Shown here piece by piece: positions 11,923-26,100 of a DNA stretch of 64,000 nucleotides. The stretch lies in NCBI RefSeq assembly GCF_006345805.1, contig NC_043014.1:10788001-10852000 (forward strand), written 5' to 3'. Numbering within the stretch: position 1 is the first letter of the stretch; each line of letters opens with the position of its first letter. The notes beneath the pieces were generated by a model. The model was not told the DNA's origin and made no database searches. It worked only from the letters and a program-made list of their open reading frames with translations. Origin of the DNA: Octopus sinensis. Its lineage: Eukaryota. The position numbers and the translations under genes are program-made.

Positions 11923-12029
11923 GCAGAAAACAGACAGACAAAGAGGGATGGGCGAAGAATGGATGCGTGCGTGATGGAGGGAGAGAATGAGAGAGACAGA
12001 AGGTTATTAATAGTTGAATTTCTGAGCTC

Positions 12030-12272
12030 TTTTACTCTTTTACAAGTTTCAGTCATGTGACTGTGGCCATGCTGGAACACCGTCTTTAGTCGAGTAAGTG
12101 GACCACACGACTTCTTTGTAAGCCTTGTACTTATTCTATCGTTCTCTTTTGCCGAACCGCTAATTTACGGAGACGTAAACACACCAGCATCTGTTGTCAA
12201 GTGATGTTGGGGGGACAAAAACACATAAACATATGCACACACACACACACACATATATATACATATATATAC

Positions 12273-12333
<61 letters not shown>

Positions 12334-12490
12334 CTATATATATATATACACATATATACGACGGGCTTCTTTCAGTTTCCGTCTACCAAATCCGCTTACA
12401 AGGCTTTGGTCGGCCCGAGACTATAGTAGAGGACACTTGCCCAAGGTGCCACACACTGGGATGAACCCGGAACCACGTGGTTCGTAAGCA
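12030..12490 (-). mobile_element. SINE-B
   Basis: Reverse-complement match including the internal microsatellite. Confidence 0.8.
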
Positions 12491-12627
12491 AGCTAAAATG
12501 TTTTGTTTAGTATCGGGTTGGTTAGATATTATGAGAGATGGCTTCATCGAAATCGTCTGGACAGATACACTACACAGCTTCTCGAGACTGGAAGAGAATC
12601 CAAAACAAAATGACTTAGGAGTGTCTG

Positions 12628-12809
12628 TGTGGTAAGTAGCTTGCTTACCAACCACATGGTTCTGGGTTCAGTCCCACTGCGTGGCACCTTGGGCAAGTGT
12701 CTTTCTACTATAGCCTTGGGCCGACCAAAGCCTTGTGAGTGGATTTGGTAGACGGAAACTGAAAGAAGCCCGTCGTATATATGTATATATATATATATGT
12801 ATATATATG

Positions 12810-12850
<41 letters not shown>

Positions 12851-13075
12851 GCGTGTGTTTGTGTGTCTGTGTTTGTGTTTGTCCCCCTAGCTTTGCTTGA
12901 CAACCGATGCTGGTGTGTTTATGTCTCCGTCACTTAGCGGTTCGGCAAAAGAGAACGATAGAATAAGTATTGGGCTTACAAAGAATAAGACCTGGTTAAG
13001 ATTAAAGGTGGTGCTCCAGCATGGCCGTAGTCAAATGACTGAAACAAGTAAAAGAGTAAAAGAGAGAGAGAGCAT
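12628..13075 (+). mobile_element. SINE-B, near full length
   Basis: Head TGTGTGGTAAGTAGCTTGCTTAC...GGGTTCAGTCCCACTGCG through the tail. Confidence 0.85.
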
Positions 13076-13099
13076 AAAGGTAATGGTAGAGATTTAGCT

Positions 13100-13880
13100 G
13101 AAAGTCGATAAAGAGTAAAGAAGGTGGTGTAGGGACTGTGTTTTTGTATAGCCCGAATCTGTAATTAAGATCGCTCCGCCGACCTCCCTGAATAGGGAGG
13201 AGCGAGCCTCCGTAGGATATTAATCGCGGTCGTAGTGACGTAGTTTTCTCTGTAGTTGCTGTTGCGAAAGAGGTAGTATGGAAGACGAGAGTGAAAGGAA
13301 TTGCAACAGGCATGTTCATCTCCAGTCTCGTTTTCTGCATTATTAGATGCTTTCCTTATTTCACATTTTACTAGTAACTTTTTTGGCCCTAGGACAGATA
13401 AATCCGGTGTCCTCACTTCCATGTCATATGAATGACCGAGATCAATTTTTCTGTTTTACGGTTCAAGATCAGCAATTGTAAATTGTTGTTTAAAACTGTC
13501 TCACCAACAGTTTTGAAGTTTCAGTTATGTGGAATAGCAAGAGTTGTCTTCCCTGTTTGGAGACGGGAAAAAGTTTTTAGCATTTGTTTCAAATTTATGA
13601 AACAGGACCAGCAAACGTGGTCAATTAATCTGAGCGGTTACTGTTACAGAGAACAGGTCATGCGGCGCACGAAAGTATTCTTTGCTTTCCTGATGGCCAT
13701 CTAGTAGAAATTATGGAAGTAGTTGCTGCCTCCGGTTTCCTGATAATGGATGGTTGTTTCCTGCTGTTGTACGCTGTATTTTTTGCATTTACGATCGCAG
13801 TACAGCTGTAGAGACGCTGAGAGGTAGTTGTGTGGGTAATCGAGAAAAGAATTTGCTTAAAGTCTCCCCCTGAAATGTCT
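13100..13880 (-). pseudogene. Highly degenerate non-LTR retrotransposon ORF remnant (clade uncertain)
   Basis: Fragmentary minus-strand translation resembles an EN-RT linker; many stops. Confidence 0.3.
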
Positions 13881-13908
13881 CACAGTTGCATTTGATCAGA
13901 AATACCAG

Positions 13909-14140
13909 TTTTTTTTACTACCCACAAGGGGTTAAAAACAGAGAAGACAAACAAGGACAGACAAACGGATTAAGTCGATTATATCGACCCCAGTGCGTAA
14001 CTGGTACTTATTTAATTGACTCCGAAAGGATGAAAGGCAAAGTCGACCTCGGCGGAATTTGAACTCAGAACGTAACGGCAGACGAAATACTGCTTAGCAT
14101 TTCGCCCGGCGTGCTAACGAGTCTGCCAGTTCGCCGCCTT
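13909..14140 (-). mobile_element. SINE-A, full length, with TSD
   Basis: TSD TTTGATC(A/T)GAAATACCAG at 13891-13908 and 14141-14158. Confidence 0.9.
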
Positions 14141-14759
14141 TTTGATCTGAAATACCAGAAGGTTCGACGATCAGTTGTTGGTGCGATAATTTGATGCGTC
14201 GTATGTTTTTTTGATTAGGACAGGACCAGTCCATTAAATTGAGGGACAATAGTTTGAAAATCTGCAAATTTTTAGCTTGGAGGCAAGAATAAAATTTTAA
14301 AAATTCGTAAAGTTCGTACCTCCCAATTGATATGTAAACATAACAATTGCTAACATAAGCCTAAAAATGAGATTGTGTTTAGCAAGATGTTACCAGTTTG
14401 ATAATCTGACTGGTTACTTAGTTTTATTTCTCAGGAAGGATGAAAAGTAATGTAAACCTCAATGACGATGCTAGATGTGCCGCAGTGTAACCTGAATATA
14501 ATTTTTTCCCTATACTTTTAGTTCAGGTGTGCCGCCGAATTTTGAAAAGAATATAAGTATACCTTAAGTGGAAAAAGGTCGCGGAACACCGGTATAAACG
14601 AAAATATAAGGATATAGTTATATATCGAGATGCATTTATTCCAATATCTGATCATTTTTACCACTCCATCGCTCCCAAATAGAAAACATATTACATCTAT
14701 TCTCATTCATCACTGGTTTGGAAAAAAAAACAAGCAAAATACAATAAGAAATACTAGTA

Positions 14760-15200
14760 AATTAATCAGTGATAAATGGATCGAATAGCAGGGTCATTGA
14801 CACTAAACGCGTGGTCCACAACTGCGATGCTTCCCCCGTCATGTATTTTCTTAATGAGACTACATTCATTTGCGTCGTTTGTAAAGATCAAGCACCATAT
14901 TTTTTGCTGTTCATTGATCCTGTGTTGATGGGTACGAGTATAAATCCGTACCAAACATGCGTAGACTCGCTGCTCAGCGATGTAAACACAAGCGACAATT
15001 AGTGCATTCTAGGTAGCTGAACATTGTGTATGATCACTGGAGTGCATATTTGTACAAACAAAACAGAATTTTCGAATGGTCGCTGACCTGTGTTATCATA
15101 AACCAATCCGTAGTAAGCGCAACATGGTTCGCAGTTGAGCGTAGTACATTATCCTGGATCCGCGAAGAATGAATCAGTCTTAAATGAAGCTGCATGTACT
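14760..15200 (-). mobile_element. Possible pogo/Tigger-like remnant
   Basis: KIHDGGSIAVVDHAFSVNDPAIRSI resembles a CENP-B-type HTH; 15075-15200 has a diverged homologue at ~39130-39260. Confidence 0.3.
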
Positions 15201-15809
15201 ATGATACAACTTTAGACAATTTTCCATATGAAGTCAAATCTTTATTATAGGCATGCAGCCTGGATAGAGAGTGGACATAACAAGGACAGACAACACAAAA
15301 CATGGGGTACATATAACGAAAAATAAATATGAAATGGAATATTTACAATGAATAGAATGGAATTGCTTACGAGCCCCCCAAAGCTCGCAGTTTCATTTCA
15401 CTGTCCATGTATACATTTATAATTATCCGGGGTATTCATCCCTCCAGCTCAATCACACTGGACAAACTGTCGTAACGCACACTGAGTCTGGTCTCCATAA
15501 CACTGTCGGGGAATAACTCTCTCATTCAGCCTATTCTTTCTGTCTCCAGCAACACTGCTTTCAGTTCCTCATCAAACATTTCAGGACTCAATTTCACTCT
15601 TACTAGCCCTTTCATTATCACTAGCTTTTTATCGATTTCCGTTCCTTTTTTTTGTAATACATCAACGTTCTCAAGTTCCGTGTCTTAGGTCTTCCTTCTT
15701 TTGCAATAACTTCCATTTGTTCTTCCACCCTGTCCTTCCACTCATTAAGTTTCTCTTCCTTTTGTGCTTGACTTAAACTACTTGTTTCCATATGAAGTGT
15801 CGCCATATT

Positions 15810-16191
15810 GGAAGCACTCCGTCGGTTATGACGACGAAGGTTCCGGTTGATCCGAATCAACGGAACAGCCTGCTCGTGAAATTAATGAGTAAGTGGCTGA
15901 GCACTCCACAGACACGTGTACCCTTAATGTAGTTCTCGGGGATATTCAGCGTGACACAGAGAGTGACAAGGCCGGCCCCTTGAAATACAGGTACAACAGA
16001 AACAGGAAGTAAGAGTGAGAGAAAGTTGTGGTGAAAGAATACAGCAGGGATCACCACCATCCCCTGCCGGAACCTCGTGGAGCTTTAAGTGTTTTCGCTC
16101 AATGAACACTCACAACGCCCGGTCTGGAAATCGAAACCGCGATCCTATTACCGCGAGTCCGCTGCCCTAACCACTGGGCCATTGCGCCTCC
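15810..16191 (-). mobile_element. SINE-C, full length, with TSD
   Basis: Complete tRNA head GGAGGCGCAATGGCCCAGTGGTTAGGG; 12-bp TSD TGTCGCCATATT at 15798-15809 and 16192-16203. Confidence 0.9.
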
Positions 16192-16589
16192 TGTCGCCAT
16201 ATTACAAACACCATAGTACTTATCAGTCTTTTACATAATTAGAAAAAACCAACAATTCGCGATGTGTCTTTTGCTTCATATAAGGACTACTTTAGTCTAC
16301 TTATGCTACAAATTCCTATGTATCTTTAGTATAGCTGATGCTGTATTCCACTCACCTAACCCAGTTTCTTGACAGCATCTCTCTCTCCGTACGTTTACCT
16401 CAAACATACACCTGACATCCGAATTCCCTTTTTTGTACCATCTTTACCCTCCTGCCCTGCCTATTCAATGAAATACCTTACACAACTGTCATTTCCGTTC
16501 GCCTGACTATCTGACTGCTCCCAACATTCTTTTCCTTCCTTTCTTTTAAAAGTGTCGAGTTCTTTTGTTATACACACTCGACATTTTTT

Positions 16590-17297
<708 letters not shown>

Positions 17298-17749
17298 TGC
17301 TTCCGCTGTATACACGCTACGATTGTTTCATCAACTCCAACAGAATCTAATATTTTATTTCTTATTTCTTACATGTTTCTGTCCTTGGATTGCGGCCCTC
17401 CTGGGGCACGCTGTGAAGGATCTTTGTTTTTAGTCGAACAAATCACCCCCAGTATTTGTTCTTAAGTCTAGTACTCAATATATCAGTCTCTTCTGCTGAA
17501 CCGTTAAGTTAAGGGACGTAAATAAACCAGCACCAGTTGTCAAGCGGTTAGAGGAACAAATACAAACACAAGGACACGAACACATCCACCCCCACCCCGC
17601 CACACAAACATAGTTTGTTGATTCTTGAATTCTATTTCAAGGGAGATAATCATGGAGAAGTCTATGAATCTTTTTTTTCTTTCATTAGTTAAATATATTT
17701 GAGTTTAAAGTAAAAACGTATATCATGTAATCTTAATGTATTAATTTTT

Positions 17750-18290
17750 GTACATTCCCCCGTTGCCCTCTTCTAGCCTCGAACTCCTTTGGTTAGGTGC
17801 CATAGAGCGTGAAATTCCACTTCAAGACGTCTCTAAACCTCAGTCATGGTCTTCAAGACGTCTCTAAACCTCAGTTATGGTCTTCCATGATGATGTTTTT
17901 ACCGTTGCCAGTTCACAATAAAAAATAGGAGAGTTGGTGCAAAAACGTCCCCTTGCTCCACACCAATGTGACCTCAAATGACGGTGTTATTGATCCGTTT
18001 GATAGCACTACAGACTCCATGATATTGTAAAATGTGCCGATGACGTCAAGGAATTTTGGTGAAATGTCAAGTTTCTAAAATATTTTCATAGTGTTTTACA
18101 GCACATACTGATAAAGGCTTTGGTCAGATTGTCAAACAAAAGAGATGGTAGCTTGGTGAAAGATACAAATAAAAAAAAAATTAAGAAAAGAAAAAAAAAG
18201 AACATTCCCACTGTGCCAACGTCCGGCATGAAATCCATTCTGTTACTCAAGGAATAAAATCTTGGCTCTCTTCAGGTGTTCTAATGTGGT
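17750..18290 (-). pseudogene. Degenerate RTE-clade LINE RT fragment
   Basis: NLTKAF..., KLDISPKFLDVI...VLSNG and LRFRDVLK correspond to RTE DLTKAFD / GRPKLRFKD motifs; a ~29-bp duplication at 17820-17880. Confidence 0.5.
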
Positions 18291-18660
18291 TCTTTTTTTC
18301 ACAATTGAGAGTCCATTTTTGCTATAGCCCCTTGCGCACGATAAGAATTGTATAGGGTAACATGGACTATGTATTATGTCTGTTCATTCCCCACGTTTAA
18401 AATGAAACTTAAAAGCAACCAGTTAAGACTATGGATCAAAGTTGTGAGAGAGGTAACGTTTGTTTTTGTAAAACAAATCAAAACGAAATTTCTGATTTCC
18501 AAACTATCCATAAATGCTTTCGACAATCATTTCTTTTATATTTCCCCGAAAAATTCATTGTTCATGGTATGTAGTAAGTTAAATTTTATTGGTTTTTATT
18601 TTTAACATAATAGATTTAAATGTAACTGTTCTGGCTATACTTTCTGTAAATATATAAAAG

Positions 18661-19443
18661 GCTTCGAGCTGGCAGAATCGTTAGCATGCCGGGTGAAATG
18701 CTTAGCAGTATTTCGTCTGCAGCTACGTTTTGAGTTCAAATTCCGCCGAGGTCGACTTTGCCTTTCATCCTTTCGGGGTCGATTAAATAAGTACTATTTA
18801 CGCACTGGGTCGATATAATTGACTTAATCCGTTTGTCTGTCCTTGTTTGACCCCTCTGTGTTTAGCCCCTTGTGGTTAGTAAAGAAATAGGTATTTCGTC
18901 TGTCGTTACGTTCTGAGTTCAAATTCTGCCGAGGTCGACTTTGCCTTTCATCCTTTCGGGGTCGATAAATTAAGTACCAGATACGCACTGGGGTCGATGT
19001 AATCGACTTAATCCGTTTCTCTGTCCTTGTTTGTCCTCTCTGTGTTTAGCCCCTTGTGGGTAGTAAAGAAATAGGTGTTTCATCTGTCGTTACGTTCTGA
19101 GCTCAAATTCCGCCGAGGTCGACTTTGCCTTTCATCCTTTCGGGGGTCGATAAATATAGTACCAGTTTCGCACTGGGGACTATGTAATCGACTTAATCCC
19201 TTTGTCAGTCCTTGTTTGTCCTCTCTGTGTTTAGCCCCTTGCGGATAGTAAAGAAATAGGTATTTCGTCTGTCGTTACGTTCTGAGCTCAAATTCCGCCG
19301 AGGTCGACTTTACTTTTCATCCTTTCGGGGGTCGATAAATATAGTACCAGTTTCGCACTGGGGACTATGTAATCGACTTAATCCCTTTGCCTGTCCTTGT
19401 TTGTCTCCTCTGTGTTTAGCCCCTTGTGGGCAGTAAAGAAATA
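18661..19443 (+). mobile_element. SINE-A concatemer (4 units) with one TSD
   Basis: TSD TATACTTTCTGTAAA(T/A)ATATAAAAG at 18636-18660 and 19444-19468. Confidence 0.9.
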
Positions 19444-20052
19444 TATACTTTCTGTAAAAATATAAAAGTACAATATTAAGATATAATAAGAAATTTATTA
19501 TATTATACTCTAACACTAACTTATGAAATTACTCTGTATCGTTGCGTGCATTCACATGTGTTGCAATATCTTTCCAGTTGAATTTTTAAAATAATATTTA
19601 CTTTAATTTCTCAATATTAATGTAATTATGTTCCTTTCATATATATACTTTTTTATTCTCAAGGGCAAAATCTTTTAAAAGAAAATAATGCCATAACAAA
19701 GCTCCGTTACACATTACGTTGTATATATGATATCTTGACAAATGCTAAATGAAATATTTCTACGGCTCATCCATAGAAGAGTCAATAACACAGCTAATAA
19801 TTAATTTTACTATCAGGTTTCAATTCTGAGAACTGTGCAATTAAACGAGTATCAAAACAACAATAATATTTATTTATTTTCTTCTCTTTCTAAGACTTCA
19901 GCTTTTTAGGACAGCAGCAATTGAAGACGATCAAGTTATCATAAATTATTGTTTGAAATCATTACCAAAAAACAATTGTCATAATTAATATTACGATGCA
20001 ACCTGAGATTAAAACTTCATTATTTCATATTAATTCTTTCTGGGGAAAAGAA

Positions 20053-20546
<494 letters not shown>

Positions 20547-20548
<2 letters not shown>

Positions 20549-22064
20549 GCCCGGCAATGGGCCGAGAGGAAACTGTCCCTAAAAGGTCGGGCGGAGGTGG
20601 CGAACACGTACATCGCGTCCGTCTTCTACTATCGCCTGACCATCGTGCCTTGTCCCGACCCTACCATCACCAAACTAGAACGCATTCTCTTTCGCTTCTT
20701 GTGGAAAGGATGCGTCCCGATTGTCAGGCGATCCATTTGCTGTCAACACCCGTTAAAAGGAGGACTGGGCATGCCGTGGTTGATGATGCGCAGACGCGCT
20801 GAGACTGCGACATCTCAGGCTCTTCGTAGACGACGGTGGACAGGTGTGGTCGCCGTTTGTGAGTCACGCTTTCCCGCAGCTCGTCTCCATGACCGAACTG
20901 CAGTCGTGGATCAAAATGAGGCCGAGGAAGGGCGAATGGCACTGCGAATGTCGCGTTGCTCTCAAGCAACTCTGCCGTTCTGGGTCGACCTTGAGTGACT
21001 TCAACACAACCAAAGCATTCTATAGGGGATTAGTGGAGGGGAGGTACGACAACGAGCTCGGGGCGAACCTGGAGGTCGACGAGGAATACCTGACCCGCCT
21101 GTTCGGGACGACTTTCGGGCCAGGGCCCATGGACAACTTCCAGAGATCCCTGGCCTGGCAGTGCTATCGAGAAGCGCTACCCGTTCGGGATAAGCTCTAC
21201 AGACACGGCTCGAGAAACACGGGGCCAACCTGCCCGAGATGCTGTCAGAGCGACGAAAACGTTCTGCACGCACTCGTGCAGTGTCCAACAATTTCCGACC
21301 TGTGGGCTTATGTCGAACGACTGCTGTCATGTGTGGGACGAGTCGGTTTATCAGCTGAGACTATCGTCAATATTGTCACGCCTCCTTCCTTCAAACGGGA
21401 AGGAAGAGCTATTTTCATCATCCATGTGGCTATGGCGAAGGAATGTATCTGGTGGACGCGTCTGAAAGGATTTGAGACAAACACTTTCCTCTCTGGTCAA
21501 TCTCTCATCAACTTCTTCAAGTACCACTTGAAAAGGAAAGTGAGAGTAGAGAGGCAAGTTTTGTCTAGCGAATGTTTTAAAAAAAGATGGGGGAATGTAG
21601 CAAGGATGGCACGTATGAATGACGAAGCCACCTTGAGCATAATCCTATGAACCCAGAAATTGAAAACAGAGGGTTACCCACTTGCAAACAAATGTGGTAA
21701 CATATAACAATATTGACCGAGGTTACCGTGGTCTTTTTCGTAGGCTTTTCTTCCCACGGATAAGACTCATCTGCTTTATCCTTTACACCGTACATCATGA
21801 CACTGTGATACACGATCCCTATTGATCGTTTTTTTTCCTCTCCCCCTTTTTTCCTCTTTTTTCTTCCTTTTTTCTTTTTCTTTTCCTTTTTTCCTTTTTT
21901 TTTCTTTTCCCCCCTTTACGATCCCTTTTGATCGAAAACCTATGCCACTTTTTTTGTTTCTTTTGTTTTTTGTTTTTTTTTGTTTTTTTTCATCCCACAA
22001 AAGAAAAGCTCTACCTTGTAATTTGTCCCATCTGTGTGCAGCCCTGTGTGGCCAATAAAGAAAC
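20547..22064 (+). mobile_element. Tx1/L1-clade LINE copy 1 (5'-truncated)
   Basis: Homologous to ~25507 onward of copy 3; zf-RVT region CPRC...HALVQC; ends AATAAAGAAAC followed by (TATC)n. Confidence 0.9.
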
Positions 22065-22139
<75 letters not shown>

Positions 22140-22141
22140 CC

Positions 22142-22935
22142 TTCTGCACGCACTCGTTCAGTGTCCAACAATTTCCGACCTGTGGGCTTATGTCGAACAA
22201 CTGCTGTCACGTGTGGGACGAGTCGGTTTATCAGCTGAGTCTATCGTCAATATTGTCACGCCTCCTTCCTTCAAACGGGAAGGAAGAGCTATTTTCATCA
22301 TCCTTGTGGCTATGGCGAAAGAATGTATCTGGTGGACGCGTCTGAAAGGATTTGAGACAAACACTTTCCTCTCTGGTCAATCTCTCATCAACTTCTTCAA
22401 GTACCACTTGAAAAGGAAAGTGAGAGTAGAGAGGCAAGTTTTGTCTAGCGAATGTTTTAAAAAAAGATGGGTGAATGTAGCAAGAATGGCACGTATGAAT
22501 GACGAAGCCACCTTGAGCATAGTCCTATGAACCCAGAAATCGAAAACAGAGAGTTGCTTATTTGCAAAAAAAAAAAAAAAAAAAAAAAGAAATATAAAAT
22601 GTGACTTCATTGACCGAGGTTACCGTGGTCTTTTCCGTAGGCTTTTCTTTCCACGGGTAAACCTCACCTGTCCTCCCCTTTACACTTCATATTGACATTT
22701 CTGTGATAACGATCCCTATTGATCAATTGTTTTTCCTCTCCCCCCCCTTTTTTTTTTTTTTTTTTTTAACCCCCCTTTTTGTGTCTCTCTCTCTCTCTCC
22801 TTTTACGATTACTTTTGATCGAAACTCCCCCTTCCAATTTTTTTTTTTTTTTTTTTTTTTTTTAAACCTTCAAAGAAAGCTCTACCTTGTAATTTGTTCT
22901 ATCTGTGTGCAGCCCTGTGTGGCTAATAAAGAAAC
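22142..22935 (+). mobile_element. Tx1/L1-clade LINE copy 2 (severely 5'-truncated)
   Basis: Starts at LHALVQCP; same 3' end AATAAAGAAAC-(TATC)n. Confidence 0.9.
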
Positions 22936-22947
22936 ATATCTATCTAA

Positions 22948-23006
<59 letters not shown>

Positions 23007-23007
23007 A

Positions 23008-23079
<72 letters not shown>

Positions 23080-23086
23080 ATCTCTA

Positions 23087-23166
<80 letters not shown>

Positions 23167-26100
23167 AAGCACACACCCCAATAGAATCATGGTCAAGATT
23201 GGTTGTGTGAATGCGCGTGGTTTGGGGTCTCCTTGGAAACAAGGATACCTCCTAAATGACATCAAGTCACATGATTTGGGAATCATAGCCATAAGTGAGA
23301 CCAGACTCCACGAGCCACGGGCCCTAAAGTCCATGTTTGGCGGACAGTTTAACATTTATTTCGCTCCCTGTCTGCCGAGGATGGGTGGTAGTGGCACCGC
23401 GGTACTTTTTCACAAGAGCCTGGATCTCGAAGTCAAGACGATATTCGTAGACTGGTCGTTCTGGATGTCGACGGCAGCAATGGGTGCGCTTTTCGAATCG
23501 TATCAGTCTACGCACCGCCCTTAACAGGTCGGGCGGATTTCTTTCGACGTCTAGAAGTATTCTTGGGAACGTCTCGTCCTTTACTCTTAGTGGGGGATTG
23601 GAATGCTACCTTGGACACGCATGTAGACTACGTGGGTAGAGACAGAAACAGAAGGGGATGCAAATGCCTCAGAGACCTGCTCAGACGATTCCAACTGTCT
23701 GACAGGTACCGACTCGACCACCCAAATGCACCAACGTGGACATGGAGCAACCGCAGTGGGTCGTCGAGATCGTATCTAGATAGGATACTGTGTAGGACAG
23801 TAGACAAGGATAACTTAGGATGTCCACAATTCCACACAGTCAGCTACACGGATCACAAATTGGTGACGTGTACGCTAGACTTAGATAAGGCACATAGACA
23901 GGGTCCTGGGTACTGGAAACTGAACGCCTCATTCCCGTCCAGACAAGTTTTCAGAGACCGGATTAGCACACTAGTAAAGAGGGCTTTGACGGGAGCCATC
24001 ATCAACAACAAATGGTGGTTTGCCCTCAAGAGAGCAGTAAAAGCAGAAGCGATTAGGTACAGCAAAGCACTAGCCATAGATAGAAATAGAGTAGAGGTGA
24101 GCTAGTTAAGAAACTAGAAGAGGCAATTAGAAGCGGCATCGCATCCGACGTTTTGGCGGCGAGGTTGGCCCTCGACCAACACTTCAACGCCAAACACGAA
24201 GGATGTGCTGTCAGAGCTAGGATGCGTGCTCTAAGGAACGAAGGTGTTGGAGCCGCGAGAGAGGCCCGGGTGGCAGAGGCGCAACAGGGCAACAAAACCA
24301 CCATTCGGTCACTGGTAGATGAACAGGGGCGCGAATTGCTCGAGCCAAGTAAAATGTGTGAGGCCTTTCAGCAGCATTTTGCCCGACTGTTCGGGACGAG
24401 TGGAGGGCAAGAACGTAGGGTGGACTTCAGTGCCTACCTACATAGCCTGCCACGACTCTCGACAAGAAAGGCAGGGTGCTGCGAAGGTGCCATCACGGCA
24501 GCGGAAGTGCAGGAAGCGATAGCAGAATGCTCGAGGGACAAATCACCGGGTTTGGATGGTCTACCCTACGAGCTTTACAATTGTATGCCAGACTTGTTTG
24601 GAGACGTCTTGGCGGCGGTATACTGCAACTGGCAGCAAAACGGGAGCATACCCGGTTTTGTGAGTCGAGGAGCTGTAACTCTGCTAAAGAAAGATCCAAA
24701 CAAGGGAAACATTATAGATAACTTTAGACCAATCACTCTGCTCAATGCAGACCTGAAAATTTTGACAAAGGTGTTAGCCAAGAGGTTGGCGCTTGTCATC
24801 GAGAAACTGGTCGACAACGCACAAACGTGCGCCGTGCCGGGCCGGAGCATCCATGACAACCTCCATCTGATGCGTTACATCATAGACAGGGTAGTTAACG
24901 AACCTGGCATGGGTGGAGCCCTGATCAACTTGGATCAATCGAAAGCCTTTGATAGGGTAGACCATCGATACTTGGAGGCAGTCCTGAGAGCGGCTGGTTT
25001 CGGTCCTGTCTCCCGCGGCAGGATAGCTGCCTTGTACAGAGGCATCCGTTCGGTAATTCGCGTAAACGGACATCTATCGAGACCCTTCGACATTGCACGT
25101 TCGGTCCGTCAGGGATGCCCCCTCTCGGCGCTTCTATACGTATTGACTCTTGAGCCACTACTGCGGAAGCTGGCGACTCTAAGGGGCATCCCGCGAGAAT
25201 TGGGATGCGGGACGAGCGTGTCTGCATACGCGGACGACGTCACCGTCGTAGTGTCAAGCCACGAGCACATCGAGCGGGTCGGCGAGACACTGAAAGACTA
25301 CGAAGCGGTGACAGGAGCAAAAATCAACCGGGAAAAGTCAGTGGGCTTGCGGCTCGGCACCTGGAGAAGCAAGCCCATGCCGTCCACCAGTACCTCCGTC
25401 GTGGGACGCTGGACAGACGGCCCGGTTGAGTTGCTCGGGGTCTGGTTCGGTCCGGACCTCCAAATGGAGAAGAACTGGAACGAGATAACGAGTAGGGTGG
25501 TCACTCTCGCCCAGCAATGGGCCGAGAGGAAACTGTCCCTAAAAGGTCGGGCGGAGGTGGTGAACGCGTACATCGCGACCATCATCTACTACCGCCTGAC
25601 CGTCGTACCTTGTCCTGACCCTACCATCACCAAACTAGAACGCATCCTCTTCCGCTTCTTGTGGAAAGGATGCGTCCCGATGGTCAGGCGATCCATTTGC
25701 TGTCAACACCCGTTAAAAGGAGGGCTGGGCATGCCGTGGTTGATGATGCGCAGACACGCGCTGAGACTGCGACATCTCCGGCTCTTCGTAGACGACGGTG
25801 AACAGGTGTGGTCGCCGTTTGTGAGGCACGCATTCCCGAAACTCGTCTCCATGACCGAACTACAGTCGTGGATCAAAAAGAGGCCGAGGAAGGGCGATTG
25901 GCACCGCGAGTGTCGCGTTGCTCTCAAGCAACTCTGCCGTCCCGGGTCGACCTTGAGTGACTTCAACACAACCAAAGCATTCTATAGGGGATTAGTGGAG
26001 GGGAGGTACGACGACGAGCTCGGGGCAAACCTGGGCGTCGACGAGGAATACCTGACCCGCCTGTTTCAAACGACTTTCGGCCCGGGACCTATGGACAACT

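Noticed and set aside
15400-15797. Minus-strand charged ORF (MATLHMETSS...)
   Set aside because: Possibly LINE ORF1 debris, but it has in-frame stops, is interrupted by a SINE and shows no recognisable motif.
15810-16191. tRNA genes
   Set aside because: A/B-box sequences are SINE heads fused to bodies and bounded by TSDs; I could not build a proper cloverleaf.
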